Shown piece after piece: positions 52,549-64,000 of a DNA stretch of 64,000 bases (the stretch's first letter is position 1; every line of letters starts with the position of its first letter). The position numbers and the translations under genes are program-made. The stretch lies in contig JAQFVV010000002.1 of NCBI GenBank assembly GCA_028023455.1, forward strand, positions 30,194,001 through 30,258,000, read 5' to 3'. The DNA is from Epiperipatus broadwayi. Its lineage: Eukaryota > Animalia > Onychophora. The notes below the pieces were generated by a model. That model was not told the origin of the DNA. It was given only the letters and a program-made list of their open reading frames with translations, and made no database searches.

Positions 52549-55448
52549 AATTAAATTCAATTCTGGAAATTAATTTGGTTTATGTAAAAATATTTATCAA
52601 ATTTGTAACTTCAAAAATTTTTGATTTTTCTTTTGGGCAAATTGGTATGCTTATAATCGAAATTAAATTTTTTAAAAATTATATTAAATAAAAGGCAATT
52701 GTTGTATAGGGGGTATGCATTGTTTACAATTGATTGGTTCCATAAAAATTGCATTAAGGACAAATTTATGATCAAGAAAATATATATCCCTAGGGATATT
52801 GTTTAATTGATGCTGCAACACTGTGAAGTCATAGTATTTACTTATTTGGGTAATAACCCCAGATATACATTGTGTGTACTGTACTTATATTAATTTATTG
52901 TATTATACATGTATGTACAAAAATGTAATGATACTGATTAAATAAGCTCCTAAATTAATTATATGCAAAATAAATTGTTATTAATTTTAAAATTTAAAAA
53001 AATTGATATTTTGATTCTCCCCCTCCCATTTAATTAAAAAAAAAAGCATTTGAAATTTTTCCTTCTGTAATTTTGGTGTTAGCGGTTTTAGCTTCAGATT
53101 AAAAGATAATTTTTTTTTTTTTTACAATAATGAATGATGTCTTTTTTATTAGATTTTCAAATAAAATGGTAATGAAGATTTGGCAAAATTTTTAGGATTG
53201 CAATTTTTTATAAATTAAAAAGAATTTCTGCCCTCCCCCCCTCCCACAATGATGTGAGCAAAAATTTATAATGATTTTAAAATGCCTTGTGTGGTTTAGG
53301 ACAATGATAGAATATCAGATTGTGGAATATGGGATCCTGTTACCATTTCTGGTAATCGAATTTCTTACGAATTCGCGAGCAATAAAGAAAGCTATTGGTA
53401 TATTTTATGGCTTTAAAATAATTTTTTTCTCCTAAAAGTTGATGTTAAAAATTGGCTTGGAATATAATCCTTTCTGCTGCCAGAAGTTTATTTCACAACT
53501 TTTGTTAATTTTTATTCGCAACACGTTCTTTAAGTGAATTTTTTACTATTTTAAATTTATAATTAGTTTTTGGTTGATCATCAGTTATTTTTTCCTAAGT
53601 TCTCGTGATTAATTTATTTTCAAATGGCAAGCAATGGCTACATTTTGTTCACACTTAATAAAATCTAATTTCACATTTAAGTTATAAATACGTCTTTTTT
53701 TTATTTTAAAGTTTGGCATATTTTACTGTAACCACAGAAAATGAACGTAATAATACAGCATTTCTAAATGGCAAGTGATAATCTATTTTTCTTATTCATT
53801 TTTTTTCTATAAACTATATAAAATAGCATTATTTTTTTTTAAGTTTATATGATATTCAATACATAATGAAACATATAAAAAGTCTGTTCTTATAATAGTG
53901 AATTATTATATATGCCAAGTTTCTACATTTACTCCACATTATTAGAAAATAATTAAATATGAAATGTTTTTAAATTATTCGTGCAATTTTTTAATACGCT
54001 TCAGCATTGTGAAAAGGGTTTATTTTATGACTTTCTGGTCTGTAAAACTTCGATCGCCCGATATAATGAAAGCTTTTATCACGTTTGACAATATTCATTT
54101 ATGATTTGTGGTATATTATCAATGAAGTCGTGAACAAAGATGTACATTTGTATATATAAGGTTTTTTTATTTCTTAATGTCATGAAAACTGGTCAGCGTT
54201 TTTTTACGATAACAGAAAATTGAAGTATATTTCTCCTGTTACTGAATTGTTATTTTTTCATAATATGTGATAATGAAATTTTTTTTTTTTTTTTGTCAGC
54301 CATTTTAAAATTTAATTTAGGAAAATGAATAATTACACTCCAAAGAGATTTTTAAAGTATGAGGGTAAATTAAATTAGTGATTTTATATAATAAGAAAAA
54401 TGAGAAACAAAAGTTTTTTTTAAAAAACAACAACGCAGTGACTAAAGTTTTTTTAAAAATTGTATAAGTTGGTAAAGAATCATTTTTTAAAACGCTTATA
54501 AATAAAAAATATAGAAAATCAGGATGCAAAGAAAAATGTAATATTAATTTAAAATGAAGTAGGTCGACGTATTTAAAGAGAATATGTAATGATAGTTTAA
54601 AACTGTATGTAGATTAAGATTTGGAAAACTTTCAGGTTTTTTTCACCAAATTAAATTATTACTGATACCCATTAAAAAAGAATATAATTTATAATTATAT
54701 TTAATTATTCATATGTGTATGTTTTTGCCAATTCTTTATAAATAAATAGAAAAAAAAACCATTTTTTTATTTTGATATTATCAAATTATATTTTATATAA
54801 TATCAATACAGACTGCCTATCTATTACCATGGCTGGTCCGTTGAAGAAAGTTAATTAATCGTGCCAATTTATAGTATATTTGATGTAATAATGAGGTTTA
54901 TTTGAATCAACTGAGAATTGCCTGATCAGTAAATTCTGGCCTTCATTTCAGAAATTTAAAACAATATGCATAAATAAATGTGTTGTGAAACAGGATTTAG
55001 ATATCTGATTGCAGTCGCATAGACATAGATGAGATGTTTTATTACAGGTGGAATTTTCTTTTTTTACGTTCCCAAATTTCGGCCGAAGTTTGTTTCCCTT
55101 TCCGGTGCTGAAGCGAATCTAATTTTATCCTTTCAATTTATTAATATTCTTATTTTTACTATCTTCCACACAATTTTTTTTCTATATTTGGCTCTTATTT
55201 TAATATATTTTTCATTTTCTATTATTCCATCAAATAAACTTTTAACACGTTTGTTTAGCCACTGCAGTTATCATTTTTTCTGTAATTACTTCTCTAATTT
55301 TTTCAAATACAATATAAGTCTAATGATAATTTTCTATTATTCGCCATTCTGCTTTATTTGATGTACTCGTTAATGTTGCATATACTTACACTGAGTATCA
55401 TTAGTGGGTTTTTTAATTATCTTGTAGTATAAGTTGCAACTTAACTTA

Positions 55449-55930
55449 TTGTATGAGATAGACAACACAGGTTAATAATTACACAACGTTTGAAGTAGGA
55501 TTATTTTCCACTCTTCTTCAGGTGTTGCTGGCCTGACCAGTGACAATATTAGCATGGCAGTCAAACTTATGCCTTTATATTCTTGAATATTGAATTTAAG
55601 GCAACAGTCTACCTGTCTAGCTCAGTTGGTTAGAGTGTTGCCTTAAAATTTTTTATTCAGATGTATAGATCAGTTGGTTAGAGTGTTTTCTTAAAATTCG
55701 ATATTCAGAAATTTAAAAGTGTAAATTCAACTCCCATGCTAATATTATTGGTCAGGCCAGCAATGTCTGACAGAATAACTGTTGGTTAGAGTATTGCCTT
55801 GAACTTTGATATTCAAGAATCTAAAAGTGTAAGTTCGACTCCCACGGTAATATTGTCATTGGTTAGGCCAGCAGTACCTGAAGAAGAATGGAGAATAATA
55901 CTACTTGAAATGTACAATTACTAACCTATG
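55449..55930 (+). mobile_element. Family D (tRNA head plus hammerhead) fold-back with repeated heads
   Basis: Antisense arm with hammerhead 55481-55525 (minus), three TAGCTCAGTTGGTTAGAG-like heads, sense hammerhead 55874-55916. Confidence 0.65.
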
Positions 55931-57329
55931 TTATCTATTTATGGCATGAGATGTTCATAATTAAGCTTACAAATGTAAGTCCCTGGCAATAGTAAAGTAA
56001 AATAAAATGGAGACTGATTAAAGGAAGAATAGTGATGATAATTATTATAGAATTAAATTAAGTTAAGTAACTTTATCTCTTTCATTTAATCATATATTAT
56101 TTTAATAGACACATAATTTGAAAATTAAATACTCTTTAATTTGATTAAAATATGATGAACAATATTTATCGTAATTAAGAAGTAGATTTTGTCTTATTCT
56201 GTTTTAATACAATATATATATATATAATATTTCAATGATTAAAATATTTTGAAATGTGATAAAAGTTTTTCAACTACATGAGTGAATACATACACATTTT
56301 TTTTTTATAAATGATATATTATTGATTTCATTCTTTGTAATTGGTTTGTGAAATATTTATAATTATTTGAAAGTTATTTAGGTTTTTTATTCATTATTTT
56401 TGTAATATGTCTAAATCTGAAATTATAAATTATCAGTATAATTTTGCGATGTGCTCTCTTTAATAGGTATGTAATGTGAAATGGGGAGGATGATATATAG
56501 ACTGGATAGAAAGTCATTAGTGAAGACTAGTAAAATATGTTAAACTGGAATAATCGGAGACAAACAATCTGATATAACTGATAGCTTTAATTGAATGGTT
56601 ATTTAATTAATGGATAACTGCCAAAACTAATCTGCTGTATCAATTAAAAAATTGTCATAAAACCAGATTGAAATATTCTAGAATCAAGTTTATTGCATAA
56701 TAGTTAAATAAATGCATATAGTATAGTTTTTATAAACCATAAAAATCACATGCAACTTACTTGCTGTCACTATCTTATATGTCAATGACATTTTCTGTAT
56801 TAGTATAGATTATGGTTTCTGTAATATTGTTATTATTAAATAATAATAGTTTATTTCTCAGGAGCGGAGGTGCAGAAGTGGAACTGAATCGAATACCTTA
56901 TGTTCCAGATTCTGACAGTCTATCACTGCCCCGAATGGCGCTATCATGAGAAATCAATTCCTAGTGATTATATCTTTTCTCCCTACTCTAGAGACCTATA
57001 CTGAAAGCTTGAATAGAGTGGAAAGGGAAGCATTTTTAGTAGTCATATTATGTTTTGCTGCTCCTATTGATCAATATATGGCATTTTTTCAGCATGATCT
57101 CTGATATGTTTTTTCAAGCCGTTCAAAAGGCATATTCTTATTGGTGACGAAATCTACTATTTCGTTAATATTTATTTCTTATTCTTTCACCAACAACTTT
57201 TTTTGAGCTTTGTACACATTTATAATAAATTAAAGCATTATTTGGTCAAACAAAAAAGTTTAGGAATTTCTACGATGCGTAGATGTGCGGCTGGATTTAT
57301 TGGGGAATAATTATTTAAATTAGGTTTTA

Positions 57330-57720
57330 AATATTCCACTTATTCGAAAGTTGAATATTATTTTCTTTTTTGTGAGTGTCATGATTGTGGTTGGCAATAA
57401 ACCATGCTTTCTTAATTTTTCCTTTTGTCTTGTTCCATGCAGACTAGATTGACATTCTTTGGATCGAAGGCATGACCGAATTGTTGTTCATGTAATCAGA
57501 AGACCGATTTGTATTCGAAATCATTTTTGCACACTTATATAGACATTTGTGTTGAGTCATTCTTGTGGAGATGTTTGCTCTTCTCATAATATACAATTGG
57601 GCAGTTGGTGTCGCTGCATTTAATTTTGTAGTATGATCTGCGATGTGTCCTCTGGTGGCAGCTTATGATGTAATTCTGGAAAATCTATCTTTTGATTACA
57701 TATTGGTTATAACATTTTGC
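57330..57720 (-). mobile_element. Penelope-like GIY-YIG endonuclease fragment
   Basis: Minus frames YYKIKCSDTNCPIVYY..STRMTQH..FGHAFD..RKIKKAWFI..LSNKWNIL, with frameshifts. Confidence 0.75.
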
Positions 57721-58169
57721 AAGAGCAGGTACTAGTAAAGAAAATTGATTTTTTCTGAAAATTGTCATATCTTTACCTCTGCTGCCTGTTTTTTTTTAAA
57801 AAAAATAGTCATTTTTGTCAAAATTTCATTATTGGAAGTGAATTTTTTTAATCAGTGCAGCAAATTTCATTGGTTGATTCGTAAATTATTAACAATTTGT
57901 CCATTCTTATCAATCAAAGATGTTATATCTTATTCGGTGCTATTAAATTGTTAACAAATTCTAAAAAAAGCTTTGTGATGCACACATATATTCGTAATAT
58001 TGATATATAACTCCGTATATAATCTAAATCAAATTTATTTCTATTAAGCTTTCATTTAAATTTTTTTATTAATTTTTAAAAGTATTTGTTGAATGATGTT
58101 TTGCTGTCTTTCTCCTTTTGAAATTTTTACTGTTATTTGTAATCTTTTACATTTTTTTTTCTTTCTTTT

Positions 58170-58470
58170 CTTGCCAGCACTTATTATCATTAATCAAATA
58201 CTTTTTTAATCATTATCAATTACTTTCATTTCCCTTTGCATAATCTCTTCATATTTATATCTGTTAGTTGGCATATAAACTTTTATCCAACTTTCAATAA
58301 AATCATTTTCAATTTATCATCTACGCACTTTTGATTTAAAACACTTTTTTTTATATTGATTTCAGGATTTTATATATATATATATCTCCCAAAATGCAAA
58401 TCTTCCTTCATTCTTTTATCATTCCCCCTTCTCCATTTAATCTCTAATTTATTTATTATCCTAACATTTA
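58170..58470 (-). mobile_element. Possible LINE AP-endonuclease relic
   Basis: Purine-rich minus strand with IKVYMPT motif; composition like the 33-kb LINE. Confidence 0.35.
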
Positions 58471-61400
58471 TATACTTATTTTTAAAATAAAACTTTGGCC
58501 ACAAAGTGATATTGGAATTGATACAATTCCATTACCCGACGTAAATATTTTTACTTGCTTTTTGGACATTTCAAAAACTGCTTCATTAAAGCATTTCTGA
58601 GATATGTATATTTATTTTTAAATCTGATTAATATCTAGGTTTAATTAATTTCCCCAATATAGAAAATAGTTATTCTCCTCTGACCCATGTATACACACAC
58701 ACACACCTCTCTTAAAAATTACTAAAAAAATAATACTTACAAAAATATTCTGTGTTTATATATGAATCGGTTAATACTGTGTAATAATAATGTAATGACC
58801 CAATGTGTATATAAACATATAAAAAAAAAACGATTGTTAATTACATATGAATATAGCAATTATTATTATTTATATCAGTTATATTCTAGATATATCATAT
58901 TCTTAATCCGCTAATATCAGTATACACAATACTTGGAAAATCACATGATGTCTTCTGGTTTGTTTTGTCTTCATGACTTCAGTTAATAGAGATTATTATG
59001 TAATCAAAAGTATTTCTGTTCAATTTATATATTATCATCTACCTTTTCTCGTAAAATCTTTGTCGTGTGTTTAGATTTGTTTTGTTATTTGGACAGCTAT
59101 CATGACATCTGATCGGCTGTCGGATAAGTATTGTAAGGAGCGCTGAGAGATTTGGCAGTATCTCAATTTATTTCAGTTATCATCTACCGTTATTATAATT
59201 TAAAATATACTATACGTATTAGTATACATGTTATTGATTAGTAAATAAGTGTAGTACGTAATTTAAAACTAAAAAGGCTATAACTTTTTAACACCATTTT
59301 ATGATTAATTTATTAATAGAATGAAACTATTTTTGATTACCTTTAGAATTATATATAAAGCTAAACATTAGTATAATAAATGTTAAGCTGTCTTACAATT
59401 GGGTTTTAGAAATTATATTTAAAAATTACAAATCAAATTAGTAACCAGCAAATTATTTGTGAAAAATTAATTAAACATTTGTTATTTCAAAAACAGTGCA
59501 AAAAGAAAGATCTTACAAATTAAACAGATTTGTTGATATGTAAACATCTCAATATTTTATTTTATTTTGTTTAAATTTTCTGGATATTCTCGTTCCAGGC
59601 ACAAGATAAAGAATGACTTTGAGAAAATAAGAATGACCATCTTATTTTCAAACGTAAATGCACTTACATAGATCATTCTTAAGTGTCTTGGAATGAGAGT
59701 GTGAATATATTGTCTTTCACTTTATATCCATTTCTTTTAATAATGTATTAACACTTATGAAATATTAAAATTTGCTTTATGCTATTATTGGATGTTAAAC
59801 TATGTGATGATCAATGGATTTTACTAGCGCCTTGCCTTTATAATTCTATTTAGAAGGTAATAATCCTTCCTGTTTATTTATAGTTACGCTCTCATTCCAA
59901 GATACTTAAGATTGGCCTATATAAATATATTTAGGTTTGAAAATTAGGTTTTTCTCATCTTTGTCTTGTGACTGGAACGAGAGTATCCTCATATATTTAA
60001 CATCGTATAGTGAAAGTGAGAAAGGATTATTACTTTCTAAATAGAATTTCAGTCTGTCGCTGTGTTAGTAAAAGTCATTGATCATTATATTGTAAGTTTT
60101 ATAGAAACATATAAATAAACAAAGTTGTAGAACCATGTGATCTCTGTTTGCATATTTATTATATTAGCATATGGATTTTTTGTGACAGCTGAATTGTTAA
60201 TAAATATTATAAAAGAACCTGCACAGATTCCCACTAGGAAATAGATTCATCAATGGTTTTATTACATTCTTCATGTTTGGCATTTTAGTCATAGATTTGG
60301 GAGTCCTTAAAACTGTATGGTTCTTACTTTGTGTTTGCCCACATTTACATAGGTCAGCTGTTGATAAATTTTACTTACAAAGCAGATGAACATAATGACC
60401 ATGGGTTATCTTGAATCTGTTGATGAAACTGAAGTTGCGTTTAGGAAGATCAAATCCAGCTGACTTTATTGTTAGATCTGGAGAAATAAATTTGTTACAC
60501 TGTAAGAATTCAATTTTTTATATATAATTTCTTCACTTGTAGATTTTTTTGTTGAATATGCAGGAGATCTCGATTAGTGATATGTCTTAGGGGGAGAAAC
60601 TATATCTTGAGTTATCGGCAAGTCCAATCAACTTGGCAATACCAACTTATCTTCTGATGTCTTGTAGAATGTGTGAACATAAAGGAAATTACTACAAAGC
60701 AGTAGATTTGAGTGTGCCAATATTTCTCATGGTAATACTCGATTGAGTATCCAAAAGATTAGTGTGAGAACTTTTTTTTCCAACTAGGGGCAGAGTATTT
60801 ACCAGCAGAATATATTAGTGCTAAAGAAGCCCTCTGTAAAGTATTTGCATACCAACCCCAAGTTGGGCTAACTAGCTTTCCACAGAGATTATTCCTAGAA
60901 ATTAATTTTGATTTCAACTTAAGTACATGAAGAAAATAACTTAGACTACAGTTCAAAGTGTTTTCAGTTACAAGATGAGTATCTTTTGATTAGATGAAAA
61001 CTTGAGCATATTCTCTTCAATGGGTCAGATATAAGAACTCAGTTTTTGAAAAAGATTCCCAATCTTTTTATATCCTTATCGAAAGACTTTTTTTTCATGA
61101 AAGGATCTCTTTTGGGAAGTCAAAACAACGTCATTACTTAACGAATTTCCTGCATTCTGTTTCAGGGAAAATCACTGATCCCATTATTATATTAACAGAT
61201 AATGGTCAACTAATATTTACTTGTAATGTAGCAAATAATAAAAATCGTATAACAACAGCTATATAAATAAATTAAAAATTTATATATAAGTTTTTTTTCG
61301 GCATATGGTTTCGTGTCCTTTTCATATGTTAATCATCTATTTTTACATTAACCAAATTATTGCAGATAGATATGTAGTATTCCATAATGGAAATAAAATA

Positions 61401-61579
61401 ACAAAATAAATTATTAGTAAATTAGAATACAACCTTCATATAGAGATCAAATATAACTTGTAATAAGATGAAAATGCTTCAGATCTTATTTTGTATTTAT
61501 TGTTATAATCTAAAACCTAATGAAGAGTATAATTCATGTATTATTAAAGTGAAATTTGTCTCTACTTGTATATTTAAAG

Positions 61580-61769
61580 AAATCTTCAAAAGTCCCGTCT
61601 TCAGTCGAAGCGGCAGTGAGCAGTAGCTGCACTGGTGTTTTAGAAGAAGAGGAAGAAGATGAACTCAATTCTGATTTGAGCAACATATCTTGTATAAAAT
61701 CTAGTACAGACTGCATGGAAGTGGATAATGGCTACCATGAAGATAATGGGGGTGTGGCTGATTCTTCAG
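61580..61769 (+). CDS. SLC4A1AP: Kanadaptin exon (KSSKVPSSVEAAVSSSCTGVLEEEEEDELNSDL...GVADSS), phase 0/1, acidic low-complexity region
   Basis: ttgtatatttaaAG / GTaatt. Open in the required phase, with a poly-Glu run where human kanadaptin has one; lies within ORF 61556..61777. Confidence 0.8.
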
Positions 61770-62171
61770 GTAATTAAGTGAACATTTTAGTATTGCGAAT
61801 AAAATCATTAGTAATATTTGTACTAACATTATATATGCTTAAAAATTGTCTTTCTCTTAATTGATAAAATTCCTTTATAAACCATATTTGTTATACGCCA
61901 AAAATTAAATCTTTTTAGTTCTTTTTAATTATTGTGGTAGATGTTAAATCATCATAGCTCAATGTATATATAATTATTGAAGCAAATCACTCTCCTCTTT
62001 GGTGACACTGATGACAGAGGATCAAACCCTAAATGGATCCCCCTATTCTTTAAGCTTTTGGTGTTTAATATTGAGTGAATTCAATATGATCATCTCCATT
62101 CTTGTTTAATTGACTTTGAAATAAATGATTCTAATTAGAGTTTTTAACTTTTCTTATACACTTGTAATTTA

Positions 62172-62400
62172 GATACGAACACTTGGAAGCGCAAATTAAG
62201 AAAAGCTTGAAAATGCCTCGGAAGGGATTCTTACAATTTACTAAGCATGCTTTCAATATCGCTATGATTATGATATCACTGTAAGATATTGAAAGCATGC
62301 TTAGCAGATTATAAGAATCTTACCAAGAAAATTCGTATACCTCACTTTCCATTAATCCACTTTCTAAGCTTTTCTTAATTCACACTTCCAAGCTCATATC
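62172..62400. mobile_element. Fold-back element
   Basis: Outer arms CTTGGAAG..AATTAAGAAAAGCTT / AAGCTTTTCTTAATT..CTTCCAAG and a perfect 20-bp inner stem (62240-62259 / 62285-62304). Confidence 0.6.
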
Positions 62401-64000
62401 TAAATGATTTAATCATTAATGCCATGTCTTTTATCCGGCTGATATTTTCAATTCATTCCGTATTTCCGTCAATGTTGGCAGGGATAAGCTTATAAACATT
62501 GAAGGCTTAAAGAATAGGTGGATCCGCTCTATTCTTGACCCATTGTCAACAGAGTTTTATTTGTTCACAGCCTGAAGGGAAGAGTGGTTTACTCCATTAA
62601 ATTATAAAAGTAAAATGTGGTTATTTTATTACAAGAATTAAGGAATTGAAGTGTTGTAGTAAAAGTAATGAAAATATTTAGATTAGGGAATAATAGTGTA
62701 AGTTACTGTATATAAAAATGGTTTTTATACAGTTGAGATTTCGATATATACAAATTGGGACCGCATGACACTTTTATATTTATTTGGATTAGGCATTTTT
62801 TGCAAAGATTAATTATTAGACGACAATAATAAATAGACTTCTACAATCATTTTCTACTTGGTGAGCTTTCGTATTGAAGGTACTCGCTATAATCGTCATC
62901 CATCCAAAGAAATCAAGTGTGGATTCTGAAATCATTGTTGTTCAATATCCATTAATCCATAATACCGCTTAATGATGGAAGCTAAAGACGGAAATCTGTC
63001 GTGTGAATCTAGTAACTAGATAATGAGATCGCTAATGTAATTAATGTTAATCTATTGTAAAATTTAAAAATTTCACCCCTCCGTATATTTAAATTACTGT
63101 AACAAATCATAAATATTATATGTGATCTCTAAGAATTTATAATCAAAAGATCAAGAAACAAAAAGTTATTTTGGGATTGTAATTTGAAACCTTATTTAGT
63201 AGAAGATTTTTTTTTTTTTTTAATAAAAGCAAAACATTTACAAGCAGTTCCCCACCTTTCTTAAGTTGTCCACCTCACAACTTTTAACTCGATTTATGCA
63301 GTGATGTATTAAGATGTGTCTTCTATGAATGATCATAGATTGTTAATGATCATATTTGCAGAGTATTAACACATCGAAATGTTTTATAAATTATACATTG
63401 TTGGAAACATTGTTTTTTAAAGATAATAGTGTCATGCAAGTAACAACATATTGAACTTTGAATGATATGATAATAAGTAAAACTAATTTGATGCTAATAA
63501 GTGACAGTAATATACTTCTTTTCTTCCTTTTTTATTGTTAAAGTTTAAACAGCGTGACCAAAAAGTAAAATTACTTTGCTACTATTGACTGAATATATCC
63601 CCCTCCCCCACCTCTTTTTCTTATAATTAGGCCAAATTATTATCACTTTTGAACAGTGTAAGTAAATGATTAAAATTACTTTTCTTTTAGTAAGTGAAAG
63701 AAAAGTTCTTTTCTCTGTCTTTCATAAGTACTAAAAGAAATTATGAAAATTTGGATAGTTGAATAATTGTTGCTAGTGACTTTTTTTTGCTCCATTTTTA
63801 TACTGCTAAACTGAATTGTTATCCATTTCTGAATGGTATGATGTATTTAGAATGCTGTGACATTTATATGCCAGATATTTTTATGTAAGTACAATTACTT
63901 TCACAACAAATGTTTTTATTCCTTGAATTATATAAATCAGGTCTTTTTCGCATGTCTTTGGTCATATGTTTATGATTACATCCTTCCACAAGGTGTTAAA

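Noticed and set aside
56862-56950. Exon-like GC-richer segment after ttctcAG
   Set aside because: Stops in the required phase 0, no clear donor, peptide unrecognised.
60787-60930. Open frame AEYLPAEYISAKEALCKV as an exon or Copia RNase H
   Set aside because: Phase 1 does not fit the preceding phase-0 donor, and the Copia resemblance is only a few residues.
1752-60956. Remaining short ORF-track entries as protein-coding genes
   Set aside because: Low-complexity Ile/Phe/Lys-rich chance frames in AT-rich intron, or antisense and off-frame readings of transposon relics.
62855-62905. Hammerhead on minus (AUGACGA...C-GAAA-GC-UC)
   Set aside because: The 3-8 pair is mismatched and stems I and II are poor; at best a decayed relic.
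1-64000. CRISPR arrays, rRNA, operons or other prokaryotic systems
   Set aside because: None seen; the sequence has spliceosomal introns and eukaryotic transposons.

Overview
AT-rich eukaryotic (animal, probably arthropod; inferred) genomic DNA. One host gene crosses the window on the + strand: kanadaptin (SLC4A1AP). Eight internal GT-AG exons (14303-61769) join in consistent reading phase and encode the DPKK motif, dsRBD-like region, NLS, coiled coil and acidic stretch. The FHA exons lie upstream and the last exon(s) downstream of the window. The rest is intron filled with decayed transposons: RTE-clade 3' ends with (TGA)n tails, a 5'-truncated LINE with a CCHC knuckle, a Gypsy integrase relic, two pogo-like MITEs and four Penelope-like GIY-YIG endonuclease fragments. 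The main finding is that many apparent MITE-like hairpins carry minimal type I hammerhead ribozyme motifs (about 25 motif copies in at least six families plus single copies). Several of these elements have one arm longer by an unpaired 25-55 nt tail and variable 10-17 bp target-site duplications, the footprint expected of Penelope-type retrotransposition. One family occurs as a 422-nt tandem (retrozyme-like) unit, one is fused to a tRNA-derived Pol III head, and the catalytic cores show three apparently compensated 3-8 pairs (C-G, U-A, A-U). All calls come from manual reading; no alignment, folding or database search was run, and repeat boundaries are approximate.
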